The notes beneath the pieces are model-generated. The model had not been told where the DNA came from, did no database searches, and worked only from the letters and a program-made list of their open reading frames with translations. Shown here one piece after another: positions 35,637 through 48,752 of a DNA stretch of 64,000 bases (position 1 is its first letter; each line of letters starts with the position of its first letter). The DNA is from Octopus sinensis. Lineage: Eukaryota. The position numbers were made by a program, and so were the translations under genes. Location: NCBI RefSeq assembly GCF_006345805.1, contig NC_043010.1, positions 42,780,001 through 42,844,000 of the forward strand, given 5' to 3'.

Positions 35637-38106
35637 TAATAACTCTAATTATTAATACCAGAATACCAGCTAACACCTTACTTAACCGAGTAAAGAAATG
35701 CAATTGTGACTGAAGGTCAGATTGAAACATGGTATATCTAGTATCCTGACTTTATGAGATGCTTTCAAATGCTTAATTAATCACATCTTTGATATAGTTC
35801 TAATTGATGAAAGCTGATTGGAATATTTCAATAGCATCAAATGCTATAATAAATTTTAATCTGACTTCACATGTCATTCTCTGAATTAGCAATGAGTCTT
35901 GAAATGGCTTTTTCATATTAGTTCAATTAAAGATCGTTATAGTATATAACGATCAAGTCCTTTATACAAATAACTCTGAGTTTCTATCAGTCATGTTCTT
36001 TTATAGATCTCCCATACTTCTGCAAATTAAGGCATTTTTTTAATGGTTATTATACTTTAAGTTTCTTACTACCTATAATCAAGACATATCCTAAGAACTA
36101 CTGCTAACACCATCGAAGTATCCTTATTAGAAACAAAATAATAATTTCTTGAAAGAATTACAAGGACCTTATTTTCATACTTCAAATACTTTCTCTTTCA
36201 TTAAAGCAACAAATTCGAATGCTGTTTGTCACTAAATTTGTTTCTATATTCTACCATCCTTAACTCCAACTCTTGCTCTGACTTAAATAGAAATAAAGAA
36301 TATATAGACCAAAATAAGATATACAGGTATAACTTTATTTGCTTGCATAAGAGACAATGCATTATTATTTTGCATGTATGTTTCACCAATATAACACGTT
36401 GAAGGAAACATCGATTGAAATTTGCACAAATTTCATCTTAGTCAAAATTTACGATTATGTATATTTCTATGTAAAGAATATCGCTTGCATGTTAAGGTTG
36501 TGTATATAGTATGGGCTTTGTCTGAATATTTATATGCGATGGTATGAAAATGGAGTGGAATAACATCATCTTTAGTATTATTCTGTTATAGACGAGTGTA
36601 TTGTCAATACATTCTTGCTAACATATGTATATATATATAAACAAGGTAGAAGACTCAGACACTATTTGTTGCACGTTAAAATTACCAAAATTATCATTTA
36701 TTTCTAACTAATTACAAGCACTCTTAAAGAAATTCTATTTGAAAATTCCAAAACGCCCAGTAAATTCAGAGCCGTTCAATTCTATAGGAAACGTTGCCAT
36801 TTATACAATTTATGCGTACTGGATTCTACACGAACTTCTTGTTTCATATCATCATACAAAATTATAATTTGGACTGATGTGTTCAACAACTGAATTACCG
36901 AAGTAACAGTATGAAATTACATCTACTACTGCCGCTGCTGCTGCTGCTGCTTTTACTACTGGAACAAAAACAATAACAAAAAAACTGAAGTATTGTAGAA
37001 AAACAAAAACAAAGCTAACTAAAAGAGCAACCGTATACTTTGATATCGCACAATGTGATCGTAATAAAAAAAAAATTACGTATTTATACTGGACTGAGCC
37101 GTTAGAGCACAAAATATGATGGACAAATATACACAGAATATCAAATGTATACGATATATTGGTTATGAAACGGCAAGTGTAGTAAAAGAAATATATCCTT
37201 CACACAAAAAAAAATTCTATATAGCAACAATATTTCCCCTTTGCTTCACAGTAAAAAAAAAAACCTAGATAAGTATAGATATTTACGCACCTGGTCAATT
37301 ACTGAGAAAAGATGCTGACATTTAATGTCTAGGTGTTTCATACATACATACATTTGACTATAAACATCCATATTACAGGTATGAACACATATATACGCGC
37401 ACATACATAACACACGCTATATTAATACAGATATACAGTATAAATATATGCAGTTATAAAGCACATGCACACATTCTATAAATTACAGTTACATACGCAA
37501 TAAGTATAAACGATTAGCAAAAAGCTGCACTTACACAGAAGTCAGTTTATTGTGCCCAACATTCTTCATTCAGCTTTTTATCGGAGTCATGAGAAACAGC
37601 TCCGAGTAAAAGTTTCCCACAAGAGGAATTGTAGCAGAGGGCAAGGCCTTACAAATTATGTTTTTTATTCCTTCAGATTTTAAAAATCTTTTATTGAATT
37701 CATTGTCAAACACGCTCCACATTTTAAAATATATAAAAAAATACTTTCCTTCAGTCACTTTCCCCCTCAAGTATTTAGGAACAGTTTATATCGCATCATA
37801 CCTTACTGGCGATCTGTGGTGATACGTGCATGCATGTAAGAAGGGAAATCTGATATTATCCTGAAGTATGAAATATAGGAAGGGGTAGTGACTTGACCTC
37901 TCAACACTTGACGAAGTCCAGAGAGCGCGGTCTTAACATATGGTATGCCTCGGGTTTTTACTTCTTTTCGACCTGGCGGAACCCATCCTTCTCCAGGACT
38001 GACCAAGACCAATTTCTTCAAGAGAAAGAGAGAAAGGGAGAGATAAATCGATCCTAGTGCAGGACTGGTACTTTATCGGCACCATAAAGGGATACACACA
38101 CACACA

Positions 38107-38145
<39 letters not shown>

Positions 38146-38169
38146 TATATATATATACATGTTGCATGT

Positions 38170-38520
38170 ATGTATATGTATCAGTATCATCGCAATTTTA
38201 ACGTCCATTTTTAATGTTTGCATGGGTCAGACGGAATTTGTTGTGGCAGATTTTCTACTTTCCTGTTGTCAACCCCCACCTGTTTCTTATTTCTTTATTG
38301 CCCACAAGAGGCTAAACATAGAGGGGACAAACAAGGACACACAAAGGGATTAAGTCGATTACATCGATCCCCAGTGCGTAACTGGTACTTAATTTATCGA
38401 CCCCGAAAGGATGAAGGGCAAAGTCGACCTCGGCGGAATTTGAACTGAGAACGTAAAGACAGACGGAATACCTCTAAGCATTTCTCCCGGCGTGCTAACG
38501 TTTCTGCCAGCTCGCCGCCT
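38170..38520 (-). mobile_element. RTE tail fragment followed by a full SINE family B (38283-38520)
   Basis: tttaacgtccatttt...; tttctttattgcccacaag...ctgccagctcgccgcc. Confidence 0.85.
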
Positions 38521-38959
38521 ACCTGTCTCTATTAAGTTAATATTTCCCTGCGGCCACAGAAGACTGAATTTTCAAAGAAGACTGAAAACAAAGGGCTCTG
38601 TATAATACGGATGCTCATTTATAGCTTTTTCATGATACAAAACACACACACACACGAGTTTTCTTTCAGTCTCCATCTACCAAATCCACTCACAAGCGTT
38701 TGGTTGACCGGCACAGATGCAAAATTCACCACATGGCTATACCTGTACCTATAATGTATGTATTTATACATAAATACATGCATTCAGAATGATAACTAGA
38801 AATCACTTTCAAACAAAGTCATTGCTTGAGTCTTCTCTTGAGACATAGCAGCATGGATGTGGACTTTCAGTTCTGCTAGGGGCCGACACACTTGAAACAA
38901 ATGTGGCAATAATGAGTACTGCTTACAGTAGCTGTTCACAGAGGTTGCTATCTGTCAGT

Positions 38960-38990
38960 CTGTCTGTCTATCTATCTATCTAGCTAGCTA

Positions 38991-39047
<57 letters not shown>

Positions 39048-39094
39048 TTATCTACCTACCTACCTACCTATCTATCTATCTACCTCTCTCTTTC

Positions 39095-39130
<36 letters not shown>
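38960..39130. repeat. (TCTG)n/(TCTA)n/(TA)n microsatellite
   Basis: Directly visible. Confidence 0.95.
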
Positions 39131-39133
<3 letters not shown>

Positions 39134-40623
39134 CAAATACACACACAGATATATGTATGTATATATAAGAGTGTGTGTGATATGTACATCATACCTGTGA
39201 TTTGTTGCTATAGTAATGAAATGATTTATATTTGAGTTTCAATGTTTCTAATTGTATTAATACTCAGGTATAGATGTAATGGAAAATATTAGTTACTGAT
39301 TCACTCCTACTTCTTATCTGTCAGTTCCCAAACAGTATCTATGTTTTTAAAGCTGTTAACACCACCAGATTGAACGGTACAGCCCAGGTATCGAAATGAT
39401 AATGATATCCATTTGGCAGCAGATGATGGGAATATATGTTTGATGTACTTCTTTGTGAATCTTTTATAGCTTATGTTCTTGTTGTTTTGTCTTTTATCCT
39501 CATACAGTTGAACTTGTCCAAGGGTTCTTGGTTTCAGGTAGTTTTGTTACAAATATATATATGTATATATAGGCATGGCTGAGTGGTTGAGAAGCTTCTG
39601 AGTTCAGTTCCACAGCGGAGTATGTATATACATACATATATATATATATGTATGTGTGTGTATAAATATATATATTGTCCCTTTGATGGAAGACTTCTAT
39701 AAATGGCTGAAGATTGCTCAACATTTTAAAACTGATGTAATACTTACAATGTGTAATAAAATGATGTAGCATGAAACGATCGTACCAAATTACCGAAGAT
39801 ATTCTTGTTGCTTATTTTGATTATAATCACCGCGTGGATTTATATGGATAATACCATACAAAATTCTGGTGCATCTGACTTAAGTACCATATTCATTTGA
39901 ATCTAAATTTTGCTGAACTTATATATATATATATATATACACACACATATAAAGAGGAGTTTAAAACATGGATTCATAGAATCATCTGACTATCGCTGTA
40001 AGCTCCTCCTAAAGACTCTGTAATCACTCCACCAAGTAATCAATTACAAGGTAGTGTAAAGTATCTGTGTCAATGAAAATCCAGAAAAAATAGATTATTC
40101 TGTAGTGAGAAAATTACACTTTGGCTAATTCATGCCATATGTGCATTGTAAATATAAGGAGTGAATTTTGTGTGTATATTTAGAGTTGAACTCTTGATGT
40201 AACCATGATGCTCTGGTGATCTGATCAGCTAACATTTTATTTGCATTGATTTGTGAATGTACAATTATACTGCATAATACTGAGCATACATAATAATGCA
40301 ATTGTACATGTGATTCCTTGCAATGTGAAGTGTGAAATGGCTGTAATCAAATGGTGATGATATAAATCTAATACTATTAAATAATATCTACAATAAATAA
40401 CTAAACCACATAAGACGAAATAAGGTTTAATAATACTAAAGATAAGTTAAATGTAATATATAGGTACATAAAATTAAAAATAGCATTTAATTTAAATGAC
40501 TATTTACTATAAATTTAAAGTCTAAATAATAAGTAATTAAATCAAATACATATATATTATGTTGAAATTAATTTATATTACTATAATAAATATTCATTTA
40601 AAAATAATATAATTATTTATTTA

Positions 40624-40900
40624 TTAGCTAAATCTATTATAAAGGTACTTTAATTTATGTTTACATGTAAGTTTACGTTCGTCCAAAGAGTTTACCAACG
40701 CATAATTGTTATGAAATAATATTTCCTTAAATTCATTATTACAAAGAGAACAATTATTACTCCCTATAGTATATGATTTAGCTCTACAAATAATATCCCA
40801 ATTTAATTTATATTTAATAGATCTAGATTTAAGGTCCCAAATATATTTACTGAGACCTGTTGAATTTATAAGATTTTTATTCCTAAAAGAATACATATGT
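40624..40900 (-). pseudogene. Penelope-like GIY-YIG C-terminal relic
   Basis: STGLSKYIWDLK..IKYKLNWDII..AKSY..GSNNCSLCNNE..IL...LVN...CKH. Confidence 0.8.
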
Positions 40901-41230
40901 TGAAAAATTCTAGTTTTAATTTTATTTGAAGTGGACCCTATATAAATAGTATTTAAATGAGAAGAAGACCTATGGAGCCGAGCAAATCGCAGTCATGGCA
41001 GATAATGGTGTCACACAAATGGCAATCATGCTGTTGGCCTGTAAATGTACCCATTACACTCTTGGAGTGGTTGACATTAGGAAGGGCATCAATCCATAGA
41101 AAACCATGCCAAATCAGACTGGAGCCTGGCACAGCATACCAGCCTAGGCAAACTGTCCAACCCATGCCAGCATAGACAACTAAATGATAATGATGATTAT
41201 ATATATATGTGTGTGTGTGTGTGTACACAC

Positions 41231-41295
<65 letters not shown>

Positions 41296-41344
41296 ATATA
41301 TATATAATATACATATATCTTTACCTATATATATATATATATAT

Positions 41345-41730
41345 ACTAGCAGTATCGCCCGGCGTTGCTCGGTTTGTAAGGGAAATAACTATAAAGCATT
41401 TTTAGAGAATTATAGCCAAAAAATAGCAAAAAATGCATTAAAAATGGAAAAAAAATTATGGTAAATTTTTTTTTAAATCGTTGACTCATCGTAGACATTT
41501 TTAGAGAGTTACTTCCCTTTATTTAAAAAATATGCGTTAAAATGGAAAAAAATTATGGTAAATTATTTTTAAAATCGTAGACGCGCGCTAATACCCAGAA
41601 GGGCTCAATATGAATCACGACTATAAGATACTCGGTTTTGATTAAACTGCATCGCAAAATGTGGGAGTAGTTAGGAATCTAAATCGAAGGGGACAGACAC
41701 TCACACAACTACAGTTTTATATATAAAGAT
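41345..41730 (+). mobile_element. Helentron-associated (HINE/DINE-type) non-autonomous element
   Basis: Starts actagcagtatcgcccggcgttgctcgg, ends acaactacagttttatatataaagat, in TA context; second copy at 44416-44918. Confidence 0.7.
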
Positions 41731-42689
41731 ATATTACACTAGCACAAAGACTGCCCCCTGGGCGGTTTTCTGCTAGCTCCTTGATATTTTTCCATTTGAT
41801 TCTAATTTCTAATAATTTTTATATTTTACATCTAATTATTTCTGTGTATAGTGCTCACTTGCTTAGTAAATATTTCTTTCATTATTTTATCACAGTCATA
41901 ATCTCTCTTATTTAAACAAACATCACGGTAGTCCAACAACAAAGGGAGAAGCATTTTGTCAAGTTTTACTTTCTCATCGAAGCAACATAGAGATTTCAGT
42001 TCAGCAGCCCATCTGTAAGCTTTGCAGTGTACGTGTGAGAGAGGAGAGAGAACATTGCAAACAATGAATGAAATAAATATGCAATGAAAAAGTCATAAAT
42101 AAAAGGGCATTACTATAGATGTCTATGCCCCTGACTTTGTTGCCTCATAACATCCAGAAAAATGGATACTTTTTAACAAAAGTTTTTACAAATACTGCTT
42201 AGATGTTGTGGTTTCAGTGTATAGAGGGATTTATGTGAAAGAATTTTTGCAAGGCGATGGAGTGAGGAGTTTCAGAAAATTCACATGATCTAACTTTTTT
42301 CCCCCCATAACTTTCAGAAAAATGGGTATCTTTTAATAAAAATTTATACGGCATAGATTACAATTATAAAGTAATTTGTGGGAAGAATTTTTTGGGGGAT
42401 TTTCTCCAATTTTTTTAAAAAACAGCCTTCGAAATGATGGGGTTGGGGGTGGTTCATCTTTGTATGAAAAATGTTTTGAAAACTCTATTTTTTTTTACAC
42501 TCCCTCCCTCATCATCCTACTCCAGATCTATTTTGGCCAATTTGTTTTTGCACTTCACAACCATGGAAAGAGCATTTTTAGTAAAAAAATTTTTTTTAAT
42601 TGTTCACATTTTCAGAGAGAAAAGTGATTTAAGGGTGATTTGGCTATTGTTTCTAGCACATCCAAAGACAACCCTCCCTTGTTTCTTTA

Positions 42690-43430
42690 TCACTCTCGCA
42701 TCAACTACTTCTAGTTTTTCACTCTGGAATGTGGCGGAAGTTGTTCTCTGCACATTTTCAGTGTTTATTGCTCCTGAGCACCTGCCGCATACAAAAACTA
42801 TCTTCCCATTTAGCCTTCCTTTGATATTGCTGCACCTCTTATGTGTCCATAGCTTACACTGGGTACATCTTATAGAGTTTCTACCTATGCCTTTTCTACA
42901 GATCGAGCAGGGCCATCTACCTGAAGGGATTTGTGGTTTGCCTGTCTTCCTACTTATTAGGTCTTTGGTTTTAGCTAGGTTGACTCTAAAGCCTTTCGAT
43001 TCTAATCCTTGTTTCCACACTTGAATCTTCTCCTCTAGTTCTGATAGTGACTCAGAAATTATAGCAAGGTTGTCAGCATAGAGGAGCTCCCAGGGGCATC
43101 CTGTCTTGAATTGGCATCTCCAAACCTCTCTCTTTGCAGCCTCATTTACTGCAAGAGAACCATCATCTATGCGGATACATTTCTCTCCTGCAACATCACG
43201 ATTCTCTCTCACACACTGTCTTGCAACACGAAATACCTTAAGTCTTTGGTCCTCGTGGTGCAAAACATTGACAATTTTTTTCTTATCTGCTTCCCCTCTG
43301 GCTAAATAAACCTGTCTCCTAGCTTCCCTTCTGGCAGTCTGATACAGTTCCCTGCTACCACCGTTCTTCCAGTCCTTCCAAGCCTGTTTCTTTTTTCTAA
43401 TAGCCCTGTCTATAACATTGTTCCACCACC
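42690..43430 (-). mobile_element. RTE LINE ORF relic with an internal deletion
   Basis: CPWELLYADNLAIISESLSELEEK.QVWKQGLESKG..VNLAKTK, Cys-rich WPCSIC...CTQC..HKRC; the linker region is fused directly to the YADD region near 43115. Confidence 0.9.
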
Positions 43431-43454
43431 ACGTTATATATATATATATGTATA

Positions 43455-43610
43455 TACCAGAGTAAGCACATAAATGTGAAACAATATGGAAAAAAGAGTA
43501 CTCAAATACCAGAGGTAGAGTAATATGCTTTATTTAAAAGCAGCAAAAATATAACAAAAGCTGTTACTCAGAATTTCACGTTCTCGTTCGTTGGACAGTT
43601 TTGTTAAAAT
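43455..43610 (-). mobile_element. 3' end of the CCGANGA-hammerhead element family (decayed HHR at 43561-43598)
   Basis: Minus: ctgt-ccaacga-acg agaa cgt-gaaa-ttctga-gta-acag, then aataaa and the family tail ending in (TA)n. Confidence 0.75.
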
Positions 43611-44081
43611 AGAACAGAAATAATGATATGATCAAACCTAGTTAAAGGATACACCTTTAAAAATGGATTTGTTTCAGTGGTCCTTTCAATTAAAGGTCTT
43701 AAGCATGCTATGAACAAAATAAACAAAATAAATGAATTCAATATAAATTCATCCTATTATAAAAATCAAAGAAAACCTTAAATCGAAGAGTGGATTCAAA
43801 ATACAAACTATAAATAATTATGTACTAAAAAATATAATTCAATTAATACACTAAAATTAAAATTGAAATTTTCACGCTGCATTACATAAATATTTTACAA
43901 CAGTACATACGCATATGAGACCATCTGTAATATACATATATACATCAAAATACACAGATGCATACACACAGACTACATACATATACAGGTATATATATGT
44001 AAGACATAAATATATGCTCAAATACACATATACACATGTACATATATGCACGCAACCATGCCTGCATATGAAAATCTCTTG

Positions 44082-44112
<31 letters not shown>

Positions 44113-44217
44113 CCGGAATAAACACATAAATGTGAAACAAGGGGGAAAAAAGAGTACTCAAATACCAGGGGTAGAGTAATATGCTTTATTTAAAAGCAGC
44201 AGAAAATCCAACGAAAC

Positions 44218-44255
44218 CTGTTACTCTGAGTTTCACGTTCCCGTTCGTCGGACAG
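44218..44255 (-). ncRNA. Minimal hammerhead-like motif, U4C variant
   Basis: Minus: CTGT-CCGACGA-ACG ggaa CGT-GAAA-C tcaga G-TA-ACAG. Confidence 0.6.
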
Positions 44256-44334
44256 TTTTTACTAGAATAGAACCAATATGCCAATTCTATACAGTCTTGA
44301 TAGAATTGGCATATCGGTTCTATTCTAGTAAAAA

Positions 44335-44372
44335 CTGTCCGATGAACGGGAACGTGAAACTCAGAGTAACAG
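44335..44372 (+). ncRNA. Minimal hammerhead-like motif, U4C variant
   Basis: CTGT-CCGATGA-ACG ggaa CGT-GAAA-C tcaga G-TA-ACAG; predicted cut after 44368. Confidence 0.6.
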
Positions 44373-44415
44373 GTTTTGTTGGATTTTCTGCTGCTTTTAA
44401 ATAAAGTATATATAT

Positions 44416-44916
44416 ATCTATATATATAAAACTGTAGTTGTGTGAGTGTCTGTCCCCTTCGATTTAGATTCCTAACTACTCCCACATTTTGCGGTGCAGT
44501 TTAACCAAATTTGGGTATCTTATAGTCGTGATTCATATCGAGTCCGTCTGAGTATTAGCGCGCATCTACAATGAGTCTACGATTTTAAAAATAATTTAAC
44601 ATCATTTTTTTATTCCATTTTAATGCATAATTTTTCGTGTGTCGATGGCGGCGGAGTTGGCGTCCATGGTCACACCTGCACCTGTTTGCTTCTCCCCCTT
44701 CTTCCCTCCCTCGTGAAGCTGTGGGGAAGGGAGTGTAAGGAAATCAATGTCGTAAAGCGTTGTCAAGGAGACCAGCGTTCTTTTAGAACAATGACTTCAT
44801 GGCTTGAAGACACCAAAACAGAAATGGCTAAGAAAGCCCGAATTGGCATCTATAAGGAAAGTAACTCTCTAAAAATGCTTATATACAAACCCGAGCAATG
44901 CCGGGCGATACTGCTA

Positions 44917-44918
<2 letters not shown>
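44416..44918 (-). mobile_element. HINE-type element, second copy
   Basis: Reverse complement of the 41345-41730 termini (atctatatatataaaactgtagttg ... cccgagcaatgccgggcgatactgctagt). Confidence 0.7.
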
Positions 44919-44948
<30 letters not shown>

Positions 44949-45772
44949 GATATAACAGACAAGATAGATGAGAAGTATATCTTAAATGTAGGGAAGGAAA
45001 AAGGAAAAGGATCCAAAACGTAACAGTTAGCGAAGGAAAGAGGTAAGTAAGAGGGAGAGAAGAGGAACGCATTGTTAAAGGACGCTATACAAGTAATGAA
45101 TAGGGAGAGAAAGGATACTTCTCGTAAGGAAAGAAAAAAAGAAAGATAGGTGGCGGAATATGTGTAACAAACGTACACAAAAGAAAATTACATATATATG
45201 TGTATAAAAAAGTGTATACTAGCATAAATATAAGATCACGTATATAAATATATGGAAATATGCACGTAAATACACATCCACACAAATATAAGTGTATACA
45301 TGCATACATATACATCCATGTATGTATGTGCACAAGTATAAACATACACGCTTACTTACACATATACATAGACGCACACATATGAATACATATGCATGCC
45401 AACAATACAGACATCCACATAAAAACATATCTAGGTCCTGACGTATATATACAAACAACTTTTTAAAAAAATTACTGAGTGTATAATAATAAAAATCAGA
45501 TAAAAGACATGCAAAATAGAACACTATATATAGAATTATCTATAAATTAAACAATTAAATGGGTTTTATAAAATACAATAAAATGAAATAAAATAAAAAT
45601 AAAAATAGAATCTTAAACCTGAAAATAATATATGCATATAACAGTCAAAGGTTTTCTTAAGAAATATGTCAAAATATATACAATATCTTTGCGATGCGAA
45701 ATAAATCATGTATTATAAGATACAAATCCAACAGGATGATTGAAAACTAGTTCAAGAATCAAAAATTATATA

Positions 45773-46456
45773 CTATCCATATGATATATTGCTAGATGAT
45801 ATTTTAAATTTTGTTGCATGTCTGCAGGAATTCAAGAGTTTGCATCTTTGATTCAAAGTGCTATTGTCCTGGAATAAAATATAGAATTTCTCCAAAAGAC
45901 ATAAATCACATTTGATGGGTCTTTTATGCGCACCATGTCTGTAAGGTGATGCTCTATCTAAAATTTGCCATGTCACGTTGAAATGTCGGGTTTCGTTTTC
46001 TTTTAATTCCCAGACATATTTTGTCAGGCTGGTCTTTGTCCTATTTTCGGGGTATTGGAAGGAATTTATATGAGAATAAAATTGGGTTTTGAAAGAATTT
46101 TCAGAAACCCCTGTGTAAGTTCTATATTTGTGTGATCCTTCTATCTGCACTTTGGCTCTATACATGATTCCTTTCTCCAGACATTTTCCTTCCAATGGAC
46201 AGGAGGTCCCATCTTTGCAATTGCAATTTTTAGGAAAAGAATTGGCACTATGATAATTTGTAATTATCTTATTGTTGTGTTGGTTAATAAAAGAGGCAAA
46301 GTTTTTGTAGCAAGAATAGCTGATCTTAAGTGTTCTTCTATTAAATATTCTATAAAACTTATGGTTAAGTTGAAAATGTCTAGAGACTAATTTTAAGAAT
46401 TCCCTACCTATATTTTTTTTACGGCCATATTGAAAGGAAAACAATAGCAGAATCAC
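45773..46456 (-). mobile_element. Penelope-like element ORF fragment: RT-EN linker with Cys cluster + GIY-YIG endonuclease
   Basis: NIGREFLKLV.RHF, FNRRTLKISYSC, CNCK...CPLEGKCL, GIMY...YTG, SLTKYVWELK, CDLCLLEK, LN.R...CRH; 227 codons open, no RT upstream. Confidence 0.9.
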
Positions 46457-46907
46457 TTTATTAATCAGTTATGATCGTTTTTGATAACTGGTGGAACTGT
46501 TTTCGATCAATCAACATGCTGGATCATACAAAAATTATTAAAATACATGTCATATAAGGATTCTATAAAACCATGCTATGTCAAATGAAAATACCAGCAG
46601 TCATCTCTTCATGACAATCAACAGTAGTAATACAGTGTACAAAGGTGGCTACAGTCTTATAAATACAATGAGTGAGAGTAACTTAGATGATCAGAGCAAT
46701 AAATGACAAAATTGATATACAACTGAAGAAAAACAAAAGTAATAAAACCATGGGGACAAAGAGTCTCGTTAATTCCCCTACATATGATCCATTGTAATAT
46801 TAAGGTCATTAATGCTAACAAGTTAAAAACGTTGAAATTTGCTCAATATATATGTGAGAAGAAAGATAAATGTTAAGATAACAGTAGTAATTACTATTAT
46901 ACTCTCA

Positions 46908-47135
46908 GGCAAGCTGGCAGAAACATTAGCACACTGGGCAAAATTCTTAGAAGTATTTTGTCTGCCAGTACGTTCTGAGTTTAAATTTCGCTGAGGTCGA
47001 CTTTGCCTTTCATCCTTTCGGGGTTGATAAATTAAGTACTAGTTATGCACTGGGGTCGATGTAATCAACTTAATCCCTTTGTCTGTCCTTATTTGTCCCC
47101 TCTATGTTTAGCCCCTTGTGGGCAATAAAGAAATA
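46908..47135 (+). mobile_element. Full-length SINE family B
   Basis: ggcaagctggcagaaacattagcac...gaggtcgactttgcctttcatcc...gcaataaagaaata. Confidence 0.9.
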
Positions 47136-48688
47136 ATAAGAAATATTTACAAGAAACAAAAAAAAAAACATTATGAAAAAAGAACTTTGAAAGATAAGAA
47201 TAAGAACGTAGGGTTAAGACCTAACCCAGAAATTATGCTAAATATCATTAGGTGAATTGATAGCTAAAATTTAATAAAATTATTATTCATGAAATCAATG
47301 TTTAGTTATAAATGAGAAAAGTAAAGCTAGATATAAGAGATATATTGACAAAATACATAGGTATATGACCCCACCCAAGGGAATGCATATATAATTTAAT
47401 CAGAGTTAAAATTAAATTAAATAAACCAAATGATTAATTCCATAGGAATAAATTTAGTAGAGAGTATAAGATGTTAAAAATAGAAAATAATCAGTGAAAA
47501 GTTATTGTAATACAGAGAAAGAAAGATCTATCATTAAACGGTGTGCAAATTATGTGAGTTAGTTAAACAGAAACAGGGAAAAAGTTATATTATGTTTGTT
47601 TATAAATAAGACCAAATTCATACATTATGATTTCTACTGCCTTCATAGAAAACAAATTACACCTACTCCAAACCCCTTTGTATGTATAATTGCAGTATGT
47701 ATAATTGACTAGAAATAGAGAAATATCTCTTTCCTTGAAATCCAAAATAAATTTAGTTAATGAAGTGCTATTACCATTTGTTATTAAAAGAATGTATATA
47801 ACTAGTCTACATAGATTTAAATTAGATGCTGTGGAATCTATATAATAGTCTAGAGGTGCTTGAACTGAACATTTATATACTAAATTTGCACTGCTTACTT
47901 AGAGGGCACTTACGTTGATCCTTGAAATTACATGTATTATTATAGTTATTAATTGGTGAAACATTAATCATTGTATTGTTATTGTTACACAAGACTCACA
48001 CACCTCTGCAAAACTGAGTTCTAGAAGTACAGTATGTGTGTGTGTGTGTGTGTGGTGTGTGTGTGTGTGTGCGTGTGCGTGCGTGTGTGTGCCCAATCTC
48101 CTCAAATCAAGCCCTCTACCTATCATCTCTCTCACTGCAACTCACTCTTGATAACATCATATTTTTCTTGCCACATGGAACCATTTCGCTTATCCATTCT
48201 TCATCCATTAATACTGTTCTCTCCGGCCACACATTACATTGATCATCCTGCCCTCCTCCAAAGAGCCAACAAATTATCCCTCCTCATGAACCTCACCTGT
48301 CTCTATCCTACCCCTACTCCTGCAACCTACCCAATCACATGTCATCTCTCACTTGTCCTTCTCCTGTCAACTGTATCACTATTACTATCCTGGCCTTCCC
48401 TCACTCTCTTTCGCGGGCCTCTGCCTTCCACACTCATGCATCATTGGTTATCCACAACCCCTTAACCACCATTTCCTACAGTCACTCTTCAACCCTGTCT
48501 AACCATTACAGTTGTTGCCTACCCACACTCATTCTCCCATTCCCCGAAAAGCTGGCATTGGAGAGGGCATCCAGTTGTACAAAAAGCATGCCAGAGCAGA
48601 CTCTGGAGCATGATGCAGTCCTTGGACTAATCGGATCCTGCCAAACTGTTCAACACATGCCACCAGGGAACATGAATGTTAAATGATG

Positions 48689-48740
<52 letters not shown>

Positions 48741-48752
48741 TATCCATATATA

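Larger units (their letters stand above)
44112..44406. mobile_element. Fold-back element of the CCGANGA-hammerhead family (107-bp arms 44184-44290 / 44300-44406)
   Basis: Arms are reverse complements with 3 mismatches, all at CpG positions; 9-nt spacer acagtcttg. Confidence 0.9.

Noticed and set aside
36909-36974. Signal-peptide-like MKLHLLLPLLLLLLLLLEQKQ on the + strand
   Set aside because: Arises from a (CTG)n/(CTA)n microsatellite and stops immediately
39290-39545. ~75-codon ATG-less minus-strand open frame (HIFPSSAAKW...FRYLG)
   Set aside because: No start or splice support; at most an unassignable retroelement scrap
42434-43024. 196-aa + strand ORF
   Set aside because: Antisense shadow of the RTE RT relic
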